NCBI GenBank assembly: GCA_964466345.1
Contig: CAYXMZ010000001.1
Span: forward strand, 1 to 56,580
Reading direction: 5' to 3'
Origin: an uncultured Candidatus Saccharimonas sp.
GTDB taxonomy: Bacteria > Patescibacteriota > Saccharimonadia > Saccharimonadales > Saccharimonadaceae
DNA: 56,580 bases
Below are positions 18,741 to 26,895 of the stretch, piece after piece. The translations under genes were made by a program, and so were the position numbers. Numbering within the stretch: position 1 is the first letter of the stretch; every line of letters begins with the position of its first letter. The notes below the pieces were generated by a model. The model was not told the DNA's origin. It searched no databases and saw nothing but the letters and a program-made list of their open reading frames with translations.

Positions 18741-19411
18741 AACCGTTAAGACTGAAGGCGATTGTGTTGCGTCGCACAAATTACGGTGAAGCAGATAGAG
18801 TTCTACAACTTCTTACTTCGAAAGGTAAGATGAGCGTTATAGCAAAAGGGGTTCGTCGTGAAAAAAGTCGTTTAGCTGGTGGGATAGAATTATTATCAAT
18901 TTGTGAAGTGGTAATTGTTAGCGGCAAGGGCGACTTAGCCGTCTTGACCTCATCGCGATTGGTTAAATTTTATAGGCATATTATGGATGATTATGATAAG
19001 TTGCAATTTGCTTACGATGTTATGAAGTGGGTAGCAAAAGCTAGTGAAAATTCTGTTGATAATGATTGGTACGAAGTGCTTGCAAATGTTCTAGCTGGTT
19101 TAGATTCAAAATCTTTGCCAATAAATTTGGTAAAATCTTGGTTTTATACACGCTATGCTATCTTGACTGGTTATGAACTAAGTTTGTGGCGCGACATTAA
19201 TGGTGATAAGGTATCGGCTGATTCGAATTATCGATACGATATATCTGAACGTGGTTTGGTAATCGACGAAAAAGGAGATTTAACAGCTAGCCATATTAAA
19301 CTATTACGTTTAATAGCTACCAAACCGCTTAAAACTTTGGCGCAAATTGGTGGAATTGATGATTTTTTACCAATCTGTCTAGAAGTTACCAGGACTCACG
19401 CTTCGATATAA
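18737..19411 (+). CDS. recO: DNA repair protein RecO
   Basis: OB-fold N-terminus (KAIVLRRTNYGEADRVLQLLT). A TTG start lies 9 nt after an AAGGAG Shine-Dalgarno and overlaps the receiver gene's stop. Confidence 0.85.
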   Translation: MKPLRLKAIVLRRTNYGEADRVLQLLTSKGKMSVIAKGVRREKSRLAGGIELLSICEVVIVSGKGDLAVLTSSRLVKFYRHIMDDYDKLQFAYDVMKWVAKASENSVDNDWYEVLANVLAGLDSKSLPINLVKSWFYTRYAILTGYELSLWRDINGDKVSADSNYRYDISERGLVIDEKGDLTASHIKLLRLIATKPLKTLAQIGGIDDFLPICLEVTRTHASI

Positions 19412-19455
19412 CTTACTAGCGGGTTTTTATAAATGTTGGTATAATTACAAAAGTT

Positions 19456-20769
19456 ATGAGTCAAAACGAAAATCGAAACGACAAATTAGACAAAATCGTA
19501 AGTTTAACTAAACGACGAGGTTTTATTTATCAAGGTTCCGAAGTCTACGGTGGTTTAAGCGGTACTTGGGACTTTGGTCCTTTGGGTGTTGCGTTAAAAC
19601 GGAATATCATGAATTTGTGGTGGCAGATGTTTGTTGATAGTCGTGATGATATGTATGGTGTGGACGCTGCAATTTTGATGAATCAAAAAGTCTGGAAGGC
19701 TAGTGGACATGTCGATACGTTTTCTGATCCCCTGGTTGAGTGTTCTAATTGTCATGGTCGTTTTCGAGCTGACAAAATTGACTTAAGCAAATGTCCTAAT
19801 TGTGGAGCCAAAGAACCTTTTAGTGAGCCACGTGCTTTTAATATGATGTTTAAAACAACTGTTGGGCCAGTTGAAGACGAGCCTAGCGTTAGCTACCTGC
19901 GTCCAGAAACCGCCCAAGGTATTTTTACTAATTATGCAAATGTTGTCGATAGTTTTTATCCTGATTTGCCTTTTGGTATTGCTCAACAAGGTAAGGCTTT
20001 TCGTAATGAGATAAGTCCGCGCGATTTTATTTTCCGTGCGCGAGAATTTGAGCAAATGGAAATTGAGTATTTTGTGAATCCTGATAAATGGGAAGAATCT
20101 TTTGAGATGTGGCGTGATTTGGTATGGAAGTGGTGTGAGGCTTTAGGATTACCAAAAGAAGCCATACATGAATTTGAGGTACCTGCTGAAGAACGTGCTC
20201 ATTACAGCAAACGAACAATTGATTTTGAGTTTGATTTTCCGATTGGCCGTGATGAATTACTTGGTCTAGCGTATCGAACTGATTTTGATCTTTCTAATAT
20301 ACAGCGTGAGAGTGGAAAAAATATGGAATATACCGTTAAGGGTACGAAAGATAAGTTTATTCCACATGTTATAGAACCGAGTTTTGGTGTAGAACGGGCA
20401 GTTATGGCGGTATTGTCAAGCGCCTATCACGAAGACGAGGTCGGGGGCGAAAAACGTGTATTTTTGAAGTTGCCAGAAAATATAGCGCCTATTAAATATG
20501 CGGTTTCGCCATTATTAAAAAATAAACCAGAGTTGGTAGCGAAGGCGCGTGAAGTTTACGAAGCGCTAAAAGAAAATCCAAAACATGGTGGTCGAATAAT
20601 GTGGGACGACAATGGCAATATTGGTAAACGTTATCGCCGACAAGATGAAATCGGTACGCCTTATTGTGTAGTTGTTGATTTTACAACACTAGAAGACGAA
20701 ACAGTGACCGTGCGTGATAGAGATATAACTGAACAATCTCGAGTTAAAATAGCAGATTTAATTAAGTAG
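19456..20769 (+). CDS. glyQS: glycyl-tRNA synthetase (dimeric alpha2 class II type)
   Basis: Motifs RRGFIYQGSEVYGGL, FRNEISPR, a Cys cluster (CSNCHG...CPNCG) and an anticodon-binding C-terminus. Confidence 0.94.
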   Translation: MSQNENRNDKLDKIVSLTKRRGFIYQGSEVYGGLSGTWDFGPLGVALKRNIMNLWWQMFVDSRDDMYGVDAAILMNQKVWKASGHVDTFSDPLVECSNCHGRFRADKIDLSKCPNCGAKEPFSEPRAFNMMFKTTVGPVEDEPSVSYLRPETAQGIFTNYANVVDSFYPDLPFGIAQQGKAFRNEISPRDFIFRAREFEQMEIEYFVNPDKWEESFEMWRDLVWKWCEALGLPKEAIHEFEVPAEERAHYSKRTIDFEFDFPIGRDELLGLAYRTDFDLSNIQRESGKNMEYTVKGTKDKFIPHVIEPSFGVERAVMAVLSSAYHEDEVGGEKRVFLKLPENIAPIKYAVSPLLKNKPELVAKAREVYEALKENPKHGGRIMWDDNGNIGKRYRRQDEIGTPYCVVVDFTTLEDETVTVRDRDITEQSRVKIADLIK

Positions 20770-20779
20770 ATTTTTATTG

Positions 20780-21211
20780 ATGATAACCTATTTTACTGAT
20801 GGAAGTTGTAGCCCGAACCCGGGACCAGGGGGTTTTGCCGTGGTGAAAGAAAGCGAATGGGTGATCGTAGGTCATGAGGATATGACGACAAATATTCGTA
20901 TGGAAGCTCGAGCGTTAATAGCGGCACTAAAAGACGCTGACGGAAAAGAATGTCAAATACTAACGGATAGTGAATTTTGGGTTAACGTTCTTACGAAATG
21001 GGCTCGCTCTTGGGAGCGTAATGGTTGGGTGAAGCGTGGTGGCGAAATTCGCAATCTTGAAATTGTTAAAGAAGTCTACTGGTTATACAAACAATCGGTT
21101 GCTGAGGTTAGTTGGGTTAGGGGCCATAATGGCAATGTTCAAAATGAGTTAGCCGACAACTGGGCTAATCGAGCGCGCGAAGAACGTTTAGTAGGCAAAT
21201 TTTTGTTGTAA
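20780..21211 (+). CDS. rnhA: ribonuclease HI
   Basis: TDGSCSPNPGPGGFAVV (DEDD first Asp), a Glu in MEARALI, TDSEF and NELADNWA. Confidence 0.9.
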   Translation: MITYFTDGSCSPNPGPGGFAVVKESEWVIVGHEDMTTNIRMEARALIAALKDADGKECQILTDSEFWVNVLTKWARSWERNGWVKRGGEIRNLEIVKEVYWLYKQSVAEVSWVRGHNGNVQNELADNWANRAREERLVGKFLL

Positions 21212-21222
21212 TAAATTATGTC

Positions 21223-21251
21223 TTGATTGAGATCTTTACCTCTGCTATAAT
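21223..21251 (+). promoter_or_regulatory. strong putative promoter TTGATT-17-(TGc)TATAAT ending 7 nt before the rpsU ATG
   Basis: TTGATT at 21223-21228, TGc at 21243-21245, TATAAT at 21246-21251 and ATG at 21259. There is no Shine-Dalgarno between them. Confidence 0.65.
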
Positions 21252-21258
21252 ACGATTT

Positions 21259-21474
21259 ATGGTACAAGTAATACGTAAAGACGAACGCGAAGCAAATGAA
21301 AACATTCTTCGCAGATTTAACCGCAAGGTTTTGCAAAGCGGCATTTTGGCTTCGGCTAAAGCCTCGATGCGTAATAGCAAACCAATTTCTAAGGTAGAAC
21401 GACGAAAAAAAGCGATTATTCGCAAAGCTCGTAGGGCCGAAAAATTGGATAGAGCTAGGATGGGAATCAAATAG
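21259..21474 (+). CDS. rpsU: 30S ribosomal protein S21
   Basis: MVQVIRKDEREANENILRRFNRKV aligns with the S21 N-terminus (MP.I.V......ALRRFKR). The track start at 21223 coincides with the -35 box. Confidence 0.9.
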   Translation: MVQVIRKDEREANENILRRFNRKVLQSGILASAKASMRNSKPISKVERRKKAIIRKARRAEKLDRARMGIK

Positions 21475-21926
21475 TGAGTCTTAAAAGCTCAATCGAAAAC
21501 GATTTAAAAGCCGCTTTATTAAGCGGCAATCGTTTTAAAGTTCAAGTTTTACGTAGTCTTAAGGCGGTTATTTTAGATGAAGAAGTTGCTCAAGGTAAAC
21601 GTGAAGAGGGCTTGGACGACTCAACGATTGAAAATCTAATAGCTAGAGAAATTAAAAAACGTAAAGAGAGCGCTGAAGCTTATAAACAAGCTGGTAGACA
21701 GGAATTAGTTGATAGTGAATTCCAAGAAGCCGAGGCCATGACCGAATATTTACCACAACAATTATCAGAAACAGAAATTAGTGATGAAGTTAAAAAGACG
21801 ATTGCCGAATTAGGTGCGAAAGACTTAAAAATGATGGGGGCTGTCATCGGCGCAACTAAACAGCGGTTAGGTAATACTGCCGACGGGTCGTTGATTGCAA
21901 AAATTGTCAAGGAAGTGTTGAGTTAG
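21474..21926 (+). CDS. GatB/YqeY domain-containing protein
   Basis: A 150-aa helical protein with LKAALLSGN, EIKKRKESAEAY and YLP.QLSE. The rpsU-yqeY adjacency is as in Firmicutes. Confidence 0.8.
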   Translation: MSLKSSIENDLKAALLSGNRFKVQVLRSLKAVILDEEVAQGKREEGLDDSTIENLIAREIKKRKESAEAYKQAGRQELVDSEFQEAEAMTEYLPQQLSETEISDEVKKTIAELGAKDLKMMGAVIGATKQRLGNTADGSLIAKIVKEVLS

Positions 21927-21933
21927 AAAAAAT

Positions 21934-22470
21934 ATGTTATTGTTATTGGGCCCTCCAGGTGCTGGTAAAAGTTTGCAAGGACAAATGTTAGAGGAAAGGC
22001 GAGGTTTTAAATGGCTATCGCTAGGGTCTATTATTCGTAAATTAAACGACAAGCATTTGAAAGATGTAATGAAAAAAGGAGATTTAGTTGACTATTCTAC
22101 TGCTAATAAAATACTCCAAACAGCTTTTGAAAAATACGGAAGTAATAAAGTAGTTCTTGATGGATTTCCACGTAGTCAAGAGCAAGCCAAATGGTTGATT
22201 AATAATGAATATTTTACAAACCTAAAATTAGTTATAGTTTTTGATATTTCGGATGAAGAAATTTACAAGCGTTTAGCTTTGCGAGGACGAGAAGACGACA
22301 CCAAAGACTCAATAGCTGAAAGAATTGATAAATATAATAAATCAATAGAGTCTATTTTAATGGCTTTCGATAGTGCCAATGTAGCAACAGTACATATTAA
22401 TGCCGAAGGTGGTATTGATCAAGTTTATGATCGAATAGAAGAGCAGGTTTCGAAATGCGGCATAATTTAA
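21934..22470 (+). CDS. adk: adenylate kinase (short form without zinc lid)
   Basis: P-loop (LGPPGAGKS), LDGFPRS and RGREDD. Confidence 0.85.
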   Translation: MLLLLGPPGAGKSLQGQMLEERRGFKWLSLGSIIRKLNDKHLKDVMKKGDLVDYSTANKILQTAFEKYGSNKVVLDGFPRSQEQAKWLINNEYFTNLKLVIVFDISDEEIYKRLALRGREDDTKDSIAERIDKYNKSIESILMAFDSANVATVHINAEGGIDQVYDRIEEQVSKCGII

Positions 22471-23225
22471 AATCAATTCAGCCAGTTAAAACTGAGGCAG
22501 AAATTCAAGCAATGCGCGATGGGGGCAAGATATTGGCTGGTATATTAGCTGATTTAAAGAACTATGTCGTCGTTGATATGAGCGAACTTGAGGCGGCGGA
22601 ATATGTAGAGCGTGAAATTGAAGCTCGCGGAGCAATTGCTACTTATAAAACTCCAGAAGTTGATTTTCCAAGTGTAATTTGTGTCTCTACAAACGACGAA
22701 ATAGTGCACAGCATACCGACCGAATATCGATTTGAGCAGGGTGATGTGGCAAGTTTTGACTTAGTTATTACTTACAATGGGATGAAGGTTGATAGCGCTT
22801 TTACTATGGTAGTTGGAGAACAACCAAAAGGAGCAAAAAAGCACTTACTAAAATATACTGAAAGAAGTTTATACGCTGGTATTAATGCTATTTCTGGTGC
22901 TACAAGAGTCGGAGATATTAGTGAGGCGGTTGAAAAAACATTAAACGAAGGAGGGCTAGGTATTATTAGAGAGTTGGTAGGTCATGGTATAGGTCACAAA
23001 ATGCAACAACCACCGGAAGTGCCAAACTATGGTCGTAAGGGTAATGGACCCTTACTTTTGCCAGGCGACACGATCGCTATTGAGCCAATGGCGACCTTGG
23101 GTGGTGATGATATTAAAACGACAGATCAATGGACTATTTCCACCAAAGACGGTAGTTTAGCGGCACATTTTGAACACACTGTTTTGATTACTGAAACTGG
23201 CGCTGAAATTTTAACTCAAATTTAA
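22455..23225 (+). CDS. map: type I methionine aminopeptidase
   Basis: Metal ligand contexts (FDLVITYNGMKVDSA, GHGIGHKM, IEPM, FEHTVLIT). Confidence 0.92.
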   Translation: MRHNLKSIQPVKTEAEIQAMRDGGKILAGILADLKNYVVVDMSELEAAEYVEREIEARGAIATYKTPEVDFPSVICVSTNDEIVHSIPTEYRFEQGDVASFDLVITYNGMKVDSAFTMVVGEQPKGAKKHLLKYTERSLYAGINAISGATRVGDISEAVEKTLNEGGLGIIRELVGHGIGHKMQQPPEVPNYGRKGNGPLLLPGDTIAIEPMATLGGDDIKTTDQWTISTKDGSLAAHFEHTVLITETGAEILTQI

Positions 23226-23273
23226 TATTTTGATAACTATGCAAAACGCTGCTTAAGCGTTATAATCTTAAAT

Positions 23274-24506
23274 ATGCAAGAAACTACACCTAAATATGCA
23301 GTTGGAATAGATATAGGAACAACAGCCGTCAGATGTATAGTCGGTCACATCGATAGTGTAACTGGCATGCCAACTATTATTGGTGTTGGCACGGCGCCTA
23401 ATAGTGGTATGCGTAAGGGTAATGTGGTCAATCTCGATGGACCATCCCAAGCAATAGACGAAGCGCTTGGTGAAGCAGAGAGAATGAGTGGTTATCAAAT
23501 AAACACCGCCACCATTAACATTAATGGTAGTCATATTTTGAGTACTCACACTGATGGTATGATAGCCGTTGGAAGTGCCGATCACGAAATTACGACCGAA
23601 GATTTACGTAGACTAGAAGAAGTTGCAACCGTTGGTAAAGTTCCAGCTAATCGTGAAATCCTTGAAATTATTCCTCATTCCTATAAATTAGATGGTCAAG
23701 ATAACATTAAGAATCCGATAGGTATGACGGGAACTAGGCTCGAAATAGATGCACATGTACTTTCGGTTTTGTCTCCTAATTTAGTGAATCTGCAAAAAGC
23801 AGCCGAGTCTGCCAAGCTTAATCCACACGCAGTAGTTGTTTCTGGAGTAGCAGCTGCCAGAGCAGTTTTGAACGAGCATCAGGTTGAAAGTGGCGTGGCT
23901 TTGATAGATATAGGTGGTAGTACAACCAACGTTGCGATTTATGAAGAAGGTGATTTACAATACGCAGCTGTAATTCCGATTGGTGGCATCAATATAACCA
24001 ACGACTTAGCCATCGGACTTAAAACCGATCCAGAAATTGCCGAAAAAGTAAAAATAAGTCACGCCTCGGCTGAACGTAGTGATAAATCTGGTGGAGCTGG
24101 TATTAATCATAACGGTGAAACCTATACTTTTGATATTCAAGAAATTGACGAAATAGTTGATGCAAGGTTAGAGGAATTATTTGAAGCTATCAACAAAGAA
24201 CTTGAAAAAGCAGGTCGAGCCGGTAAACTACCGAGCGGTGTAGTGTTAACGGGTGGAACCGCTATGTTAGAAGGGTTAGCTGATTATGCCAAAGACGCAC
24301 TTGGTTTAGCCGCTAGAGTTGGCAAAATAACTGACTACGGTGGTGTTTCGGACGATGCTAGCTCGCCTCAATTTGCAACTGCTGTTGGACTGATGTTGAT
24401 TGATTCTCAAAGTGACGTTAATAACGCTCCGCCTCTTAATCTAAAAAAAGTAAGTGGTAATGTTGGCGGTGTTTTGAGTAGACTATTTGGTCGCTTTAAG
24501 GGTTAA
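23274..24506 (+). CDS. ftsA: cell division protein FtsA
   Basis: Actin-fold motifs (AVGIDIGTTAVRCIVG, IDIGGSTTNVAIY, VLTGGTA). TATAAT at 23261-23266 lies 7 nt before the ATG. Confidence 0.93.
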   Translation: MQETTPKYAVGIDIGTTAVRCIVGHIDSVTGMPTIIGVGTAPNSGMRKGNVVNLDGPSQAIDEALGEAERMSGYQINTATININGSHILSTHTDGMIAVGSADHEITTEDLRRLEEVATVGKVPANREILEIIPHSYKLDGQDNIKNPIGMTGTRLEIDAHVLSVLSPNLVNLQKAAESAKLNPHAVVVSGVAAARAVLNEHQVESGVALIDIGGSTTNVAIYEEGDLQYAAVIPIGGINITNDLAIGLKTDPEIAEKVKISHASAERSDKSGGAGINHNGETYTFDIQEIDEIVDARLEELFEAINKELEKAGRAGKLPSGVVLTGGTAMLEGLADYAKDALGLAARVGKITDYGGVSDDASSPQFATAVGLMLIDSQSDVNNAPPLNLKKVSGNVGGVLSRLFGRFKG

Positions 24507-24570
24507 GTTTTATTTTAAAAGTGCTATACTGTATAATTGGTAATCATAAGATTGGGAGATAGTTGATATT

Positions 24571-25791
24571 ATGCCTGAAGTTAAACCAAGTGAGATACAA
24601 ACATTTGCTAGCATCAAAGTAGTTGGTATAGGTGGCGCCGGTAATTCGGCTGCTAACCGTATGAAAGAAGCGGGACTGACTGGTGTGCAATTTGTTGCTA
24701 TGAATACTGATGCACAAGCGCTTCACAATAGCAAGGCTGATGTAAAAATCCACTTAGGCAAGGCTACTACTAAGGGCTTAGGCGCTGGGGCTGATCCTAG
24801 CGTTGGAGAAGCGGCTGCGAACGAATCACGCGATGATATACGCGAGGCACTAAATGGGGCGGACATGGTTTTTGTAACAATTGGAGCTGGTGGTGGTACC
24901 GGTAGCGGGGCTGGCTATATTGTGGCGGAAATCGCGCGTGAACTAGGTGCACTAGTAGTGGGAGTAGCCACTAGACCGTTTACGTTTGAGGGCGAAAAGC
25001 GTCGCAAAAACGCCGAATGGGCTATTGCTAAACTTAGACGTAATGTCGATACAATGATAACTATTCCGAATGATCGTTTGCTTCAAACTATCGATCGTCG
25101 TACGCCACTTCTTGAGACATTTAAAATCGCTGATGATGTCCTAAGACAGGGCGTGCAAGGTATCTCGGAACTTATTACCGAGCATGGACTAATTAACCTC
25201 GATTTTGCCGATATTAAGGCTATTATGAGTAATGCTGGGTCTGCTTTGATGGGAATTGGTCGTGCTAGTGGTGAAAACCGTGCAGTCTTGGCTGCTCAGC
25301 AAGCCATCGAGTCGCCTCTAATTGAAGTGTCAATTGATGGTGCTAAGGGTGTGTTATTCAACGTAACCGGTGGTTATGATATGAGTATGAGTGAAATTCA
25401 AGAAGCTGCGGAAATTATAACTAGTGCTGTATCACCAGATGCAAATATTATTTTTGGTGCAACTTTGAAGCCCGAAATAGATGATGAACTTATAATTACG
25501 GTAATTGCTACTGGATTTGACGCTGCGTATCTGAACGACCAAGCTGAGGCTATTGAAGATAATGAACAAGACAAACTTCATCAAGTTAGCGACGAGGAAG
25601 TAAGCGGAGTAAACCTTGATTTAGATGCTCAACAGAGAGCCGCTGATATATTTAGTGAGGAAAACACCACTAATATATGGGATCAACCAGACGATGATGA
25701 CGAAAACGACACGCCAGCTTTCTTACGTCGTCGTAAAAAAGGTAAAAAATCCAACAAACACGATAAAGACGACTCAAAAGACAAGGATTAA
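24571..25791 (+). CDS. ftsZ: cell division GTPase FtsZ
   Basis: Tubulin signature GGGTGSGA, NTDAQAL and a C-terminal peptide (DTPAFLRRR) followed by an extra charged tail. A GGGAGA Shine-Dalgarno lies upstream. Confidence 0.97.
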   Translation: MPEVKPSEIQTFASIKVVGIGGAGNSAANRMKEAGLTGVQFVAMNTDAQALHNSKADVKIHLGKATTKGLGAGADPSVGEAAANESRDDIREALNGADMVFVTIGAGGGTGSGAGYIVAEIARELGALVVGVATRPFTFEGEKRRKNAEWAIAKLRRNVDTMITIPNDRLLQTIDRRTPLLETFKIADDVLRQGVQGISELITEHGLINLDFADIKAIMSNAGSALMGIGRASGENRAVLAAQQAIESPLIEVSIDGAKGVLFNVTGGYDMSMSEIQEAAEIITSAVSPDANIIFGATLKPEIDDELIITVIATGFDAAYLNDQAEAIEDNEQDKLHQVSDEEVSGVNLDLDAQQRAADIFSEENTTNIWDQPDDDDENDTPAFLRRRKKGKKSNKHDKDDSKDKD

Positions 25792-25793
25792 AC

Positions 25794-26282
25794 ATGTCAA
25801 AGAATAATATTGGTAATAGTCGTGTCGTAGAATCTCGCGAAGTTAGCGATGGGCTGGCAATTCGTCGTCGTCGTGAAGCACCAGATGGTACTAGATTTAC
25901 TACTTATGAGAGAATTGAGCGACCAAACTTGGCGGTTGTCAAAAAAGATGGTGTGCGTGAACTTTTTGATAGAGACAAATTAACTATTGCTATAAAGCGT
26001 TCTGTCGGTAAATTTTTTGTGTCAGAAGTTGAAATCGATGAAATGGTTAATGATATAGAGGATGCTATATATGATATCGGTGAATTAGAAATTACCTCTA
26101 AACAGATTGGCGAGAAAGTACTAGGTGAACTATTAAAACGTAATGAAGTAGCATATGTACGCTTTGCTAGTGTTTTTCATCAATTCAAAACACTTAACGA
26201 TTTTGTAAAAATTTTGGAAAAGACGCTCAAACACAAAGACGAAGTGAGTAAAAATGCGAGTCGTAGTAGTATACAAAGATAA
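25794..26282 (+). CDS. nrdR: NrdR-family transcriptional repressor homologue lacking the Zn-ribbon cysteines
   Basis: RRRRE..RFTTYE and ATP-cone segments (VVKKDGVRELFDRDKL, VAYVRFASVF) align with NrdR. The protein contains no cysteine at all. Confidence 0.8.
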   Translation: MSKNNIGNSRVVESREVSDGLAIRRRREAPDGTRFTTYERIERPNLAVVKKDGVRELFDRDKLTIAIKRSVGKFFVSEVEIDEMVNDIEDAIYDIGELEITSKQIGEKVLGELLKRNEVAYVRFASVFHQFKTLNDFVKILEKTLKHKDEVSKNASRSSIQR

Positions 26283-26514
26283 AACTGACTATGCACGTAT
26301 CGTTGAAGAGTTTTTGCACGACTTCAAACGCCAGACAGGGCATGATTTAGAAGTAATAAACCCGGAAGAACGTCAAAACTTACAATTTTGTGAAGCTTAC
26401 GATATTTTAAGATACCCGACCATATTAGCTATTAGTGATGATGGTCGCTTGCAAAATTCTTGGGTTGATTTGCCATTACCAACAATCAATGAAATCAGTT
26501 ATTACATACAATAA
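26254..26514 (+). CDS. small thioredoxin-fold-like protein without a CxxC motif (NrdH/glutaredoxin-like topology)
   Basis: 86 aa. MRVVVVYKDKTDYARIVEEFL lines up with the beta1-CxxC-alpha1 region of NrdH/Grx but reads TDYA. It overlaps nrdR by 29 nt. The fold call comes from pattern only. Confidence 0.4.
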   Translation: MRVVVVYKDKTDYARIVEEFLHDFKRQTGHDLEVINPEERQNLQFCEAYDILRYPTILAISDDGRLQNSWVDLPLPTINEISYYIQ

Positions 26515-26634
26515 ATATCTTAGGGCGTTTTTGGGTATCTGGTAGTCATGTTGAGTTTGTGCGACAGTTTATTGTTGTCGTACTTTATATTTTAAGTTTT
26601 AGATTTTTAGCGCTTTCTTTTTTGATATTATAGC

Positions 26635-26663
26635 TTGTCTTGTTGGTAGTTTTGAAATATAAT
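26635..26663 (+). promoter_or_regulatory. putative promoter of the ileS leader (TTGTCT-17-TATAAT)
   Basis: TTGTCT at 26635-26640 and TATAAT at 26658-26663. The predicted transcription start is near 26670, giving a leader of about 225 nt. Confidence 0.5.
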
Positions 26664-26669
26664 TACACC

Positions 26670-26895
26670 AAGACACTTCACCTCGGTGGATTAGTGGCTA
26701 TCAACCACGAACGTCAGTGAATAGAACGGCTCTGTTATGGAACTTAGTAGATTTCACCGTGAACGCTACGACAAAGCGAGCAATTAAGAGCTAAAAGAAT
26801 CACTTCTTTTGGAAGTCAGATGGTAACTCCCGAAAACTACGGGATCTGATGTTCGAAAGAAGTGGTTTTATTTTAAAAAAAAGGAGTTATAAACA
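26670..26895 (+). promoter_or_regulatory. structured ileS 5' leader, candidate tRNA-Ile-responsive T-box-like riboswitch
   Basis: Hairpin GUGG/CCAC with loop CUAUCAA (AUC at 26700-26702). Bulged helix UCAGA[UGGUAACU]CCCG-loop-CGGG-A-UCUGA at 26816-26849. Outer stem CACUUCUUU/AAAGAAGUG followed by a U-run (26801-26874). UAACUCC at 26824-26830 is complementary to the Shine-Dalgarno region GGAGUUA at 26883-26889. Confidence 0.45.

Noticed and set aside
26562-26593. A small hairpin CGACAG-7 nt-TTGTCG followed by TACTTTATATTTT, considered as a possible terminator for the ftsA-ftsZ-nrdR operon.
   Set aside because: The stem is only 6 bp, including a G-U pair, and the T-tract is interrupted. It is plausible but too weak to list as a feature.
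26752-26764. TTTCACCGTGAAC, which resembles the parS consensus core (TGTTTCACGTGAAACA). parAB are in this window.
   Set aside because: It has an extra base at the dyad centre and lacks the outer arms. It also lies inside the ileS leader, where it more plausibly forms part of an RNA helix. A scan by eye of the CACGTG occurrences elsewhere (about 4340, 19830, 37848 and 40640) found no parS-like context.
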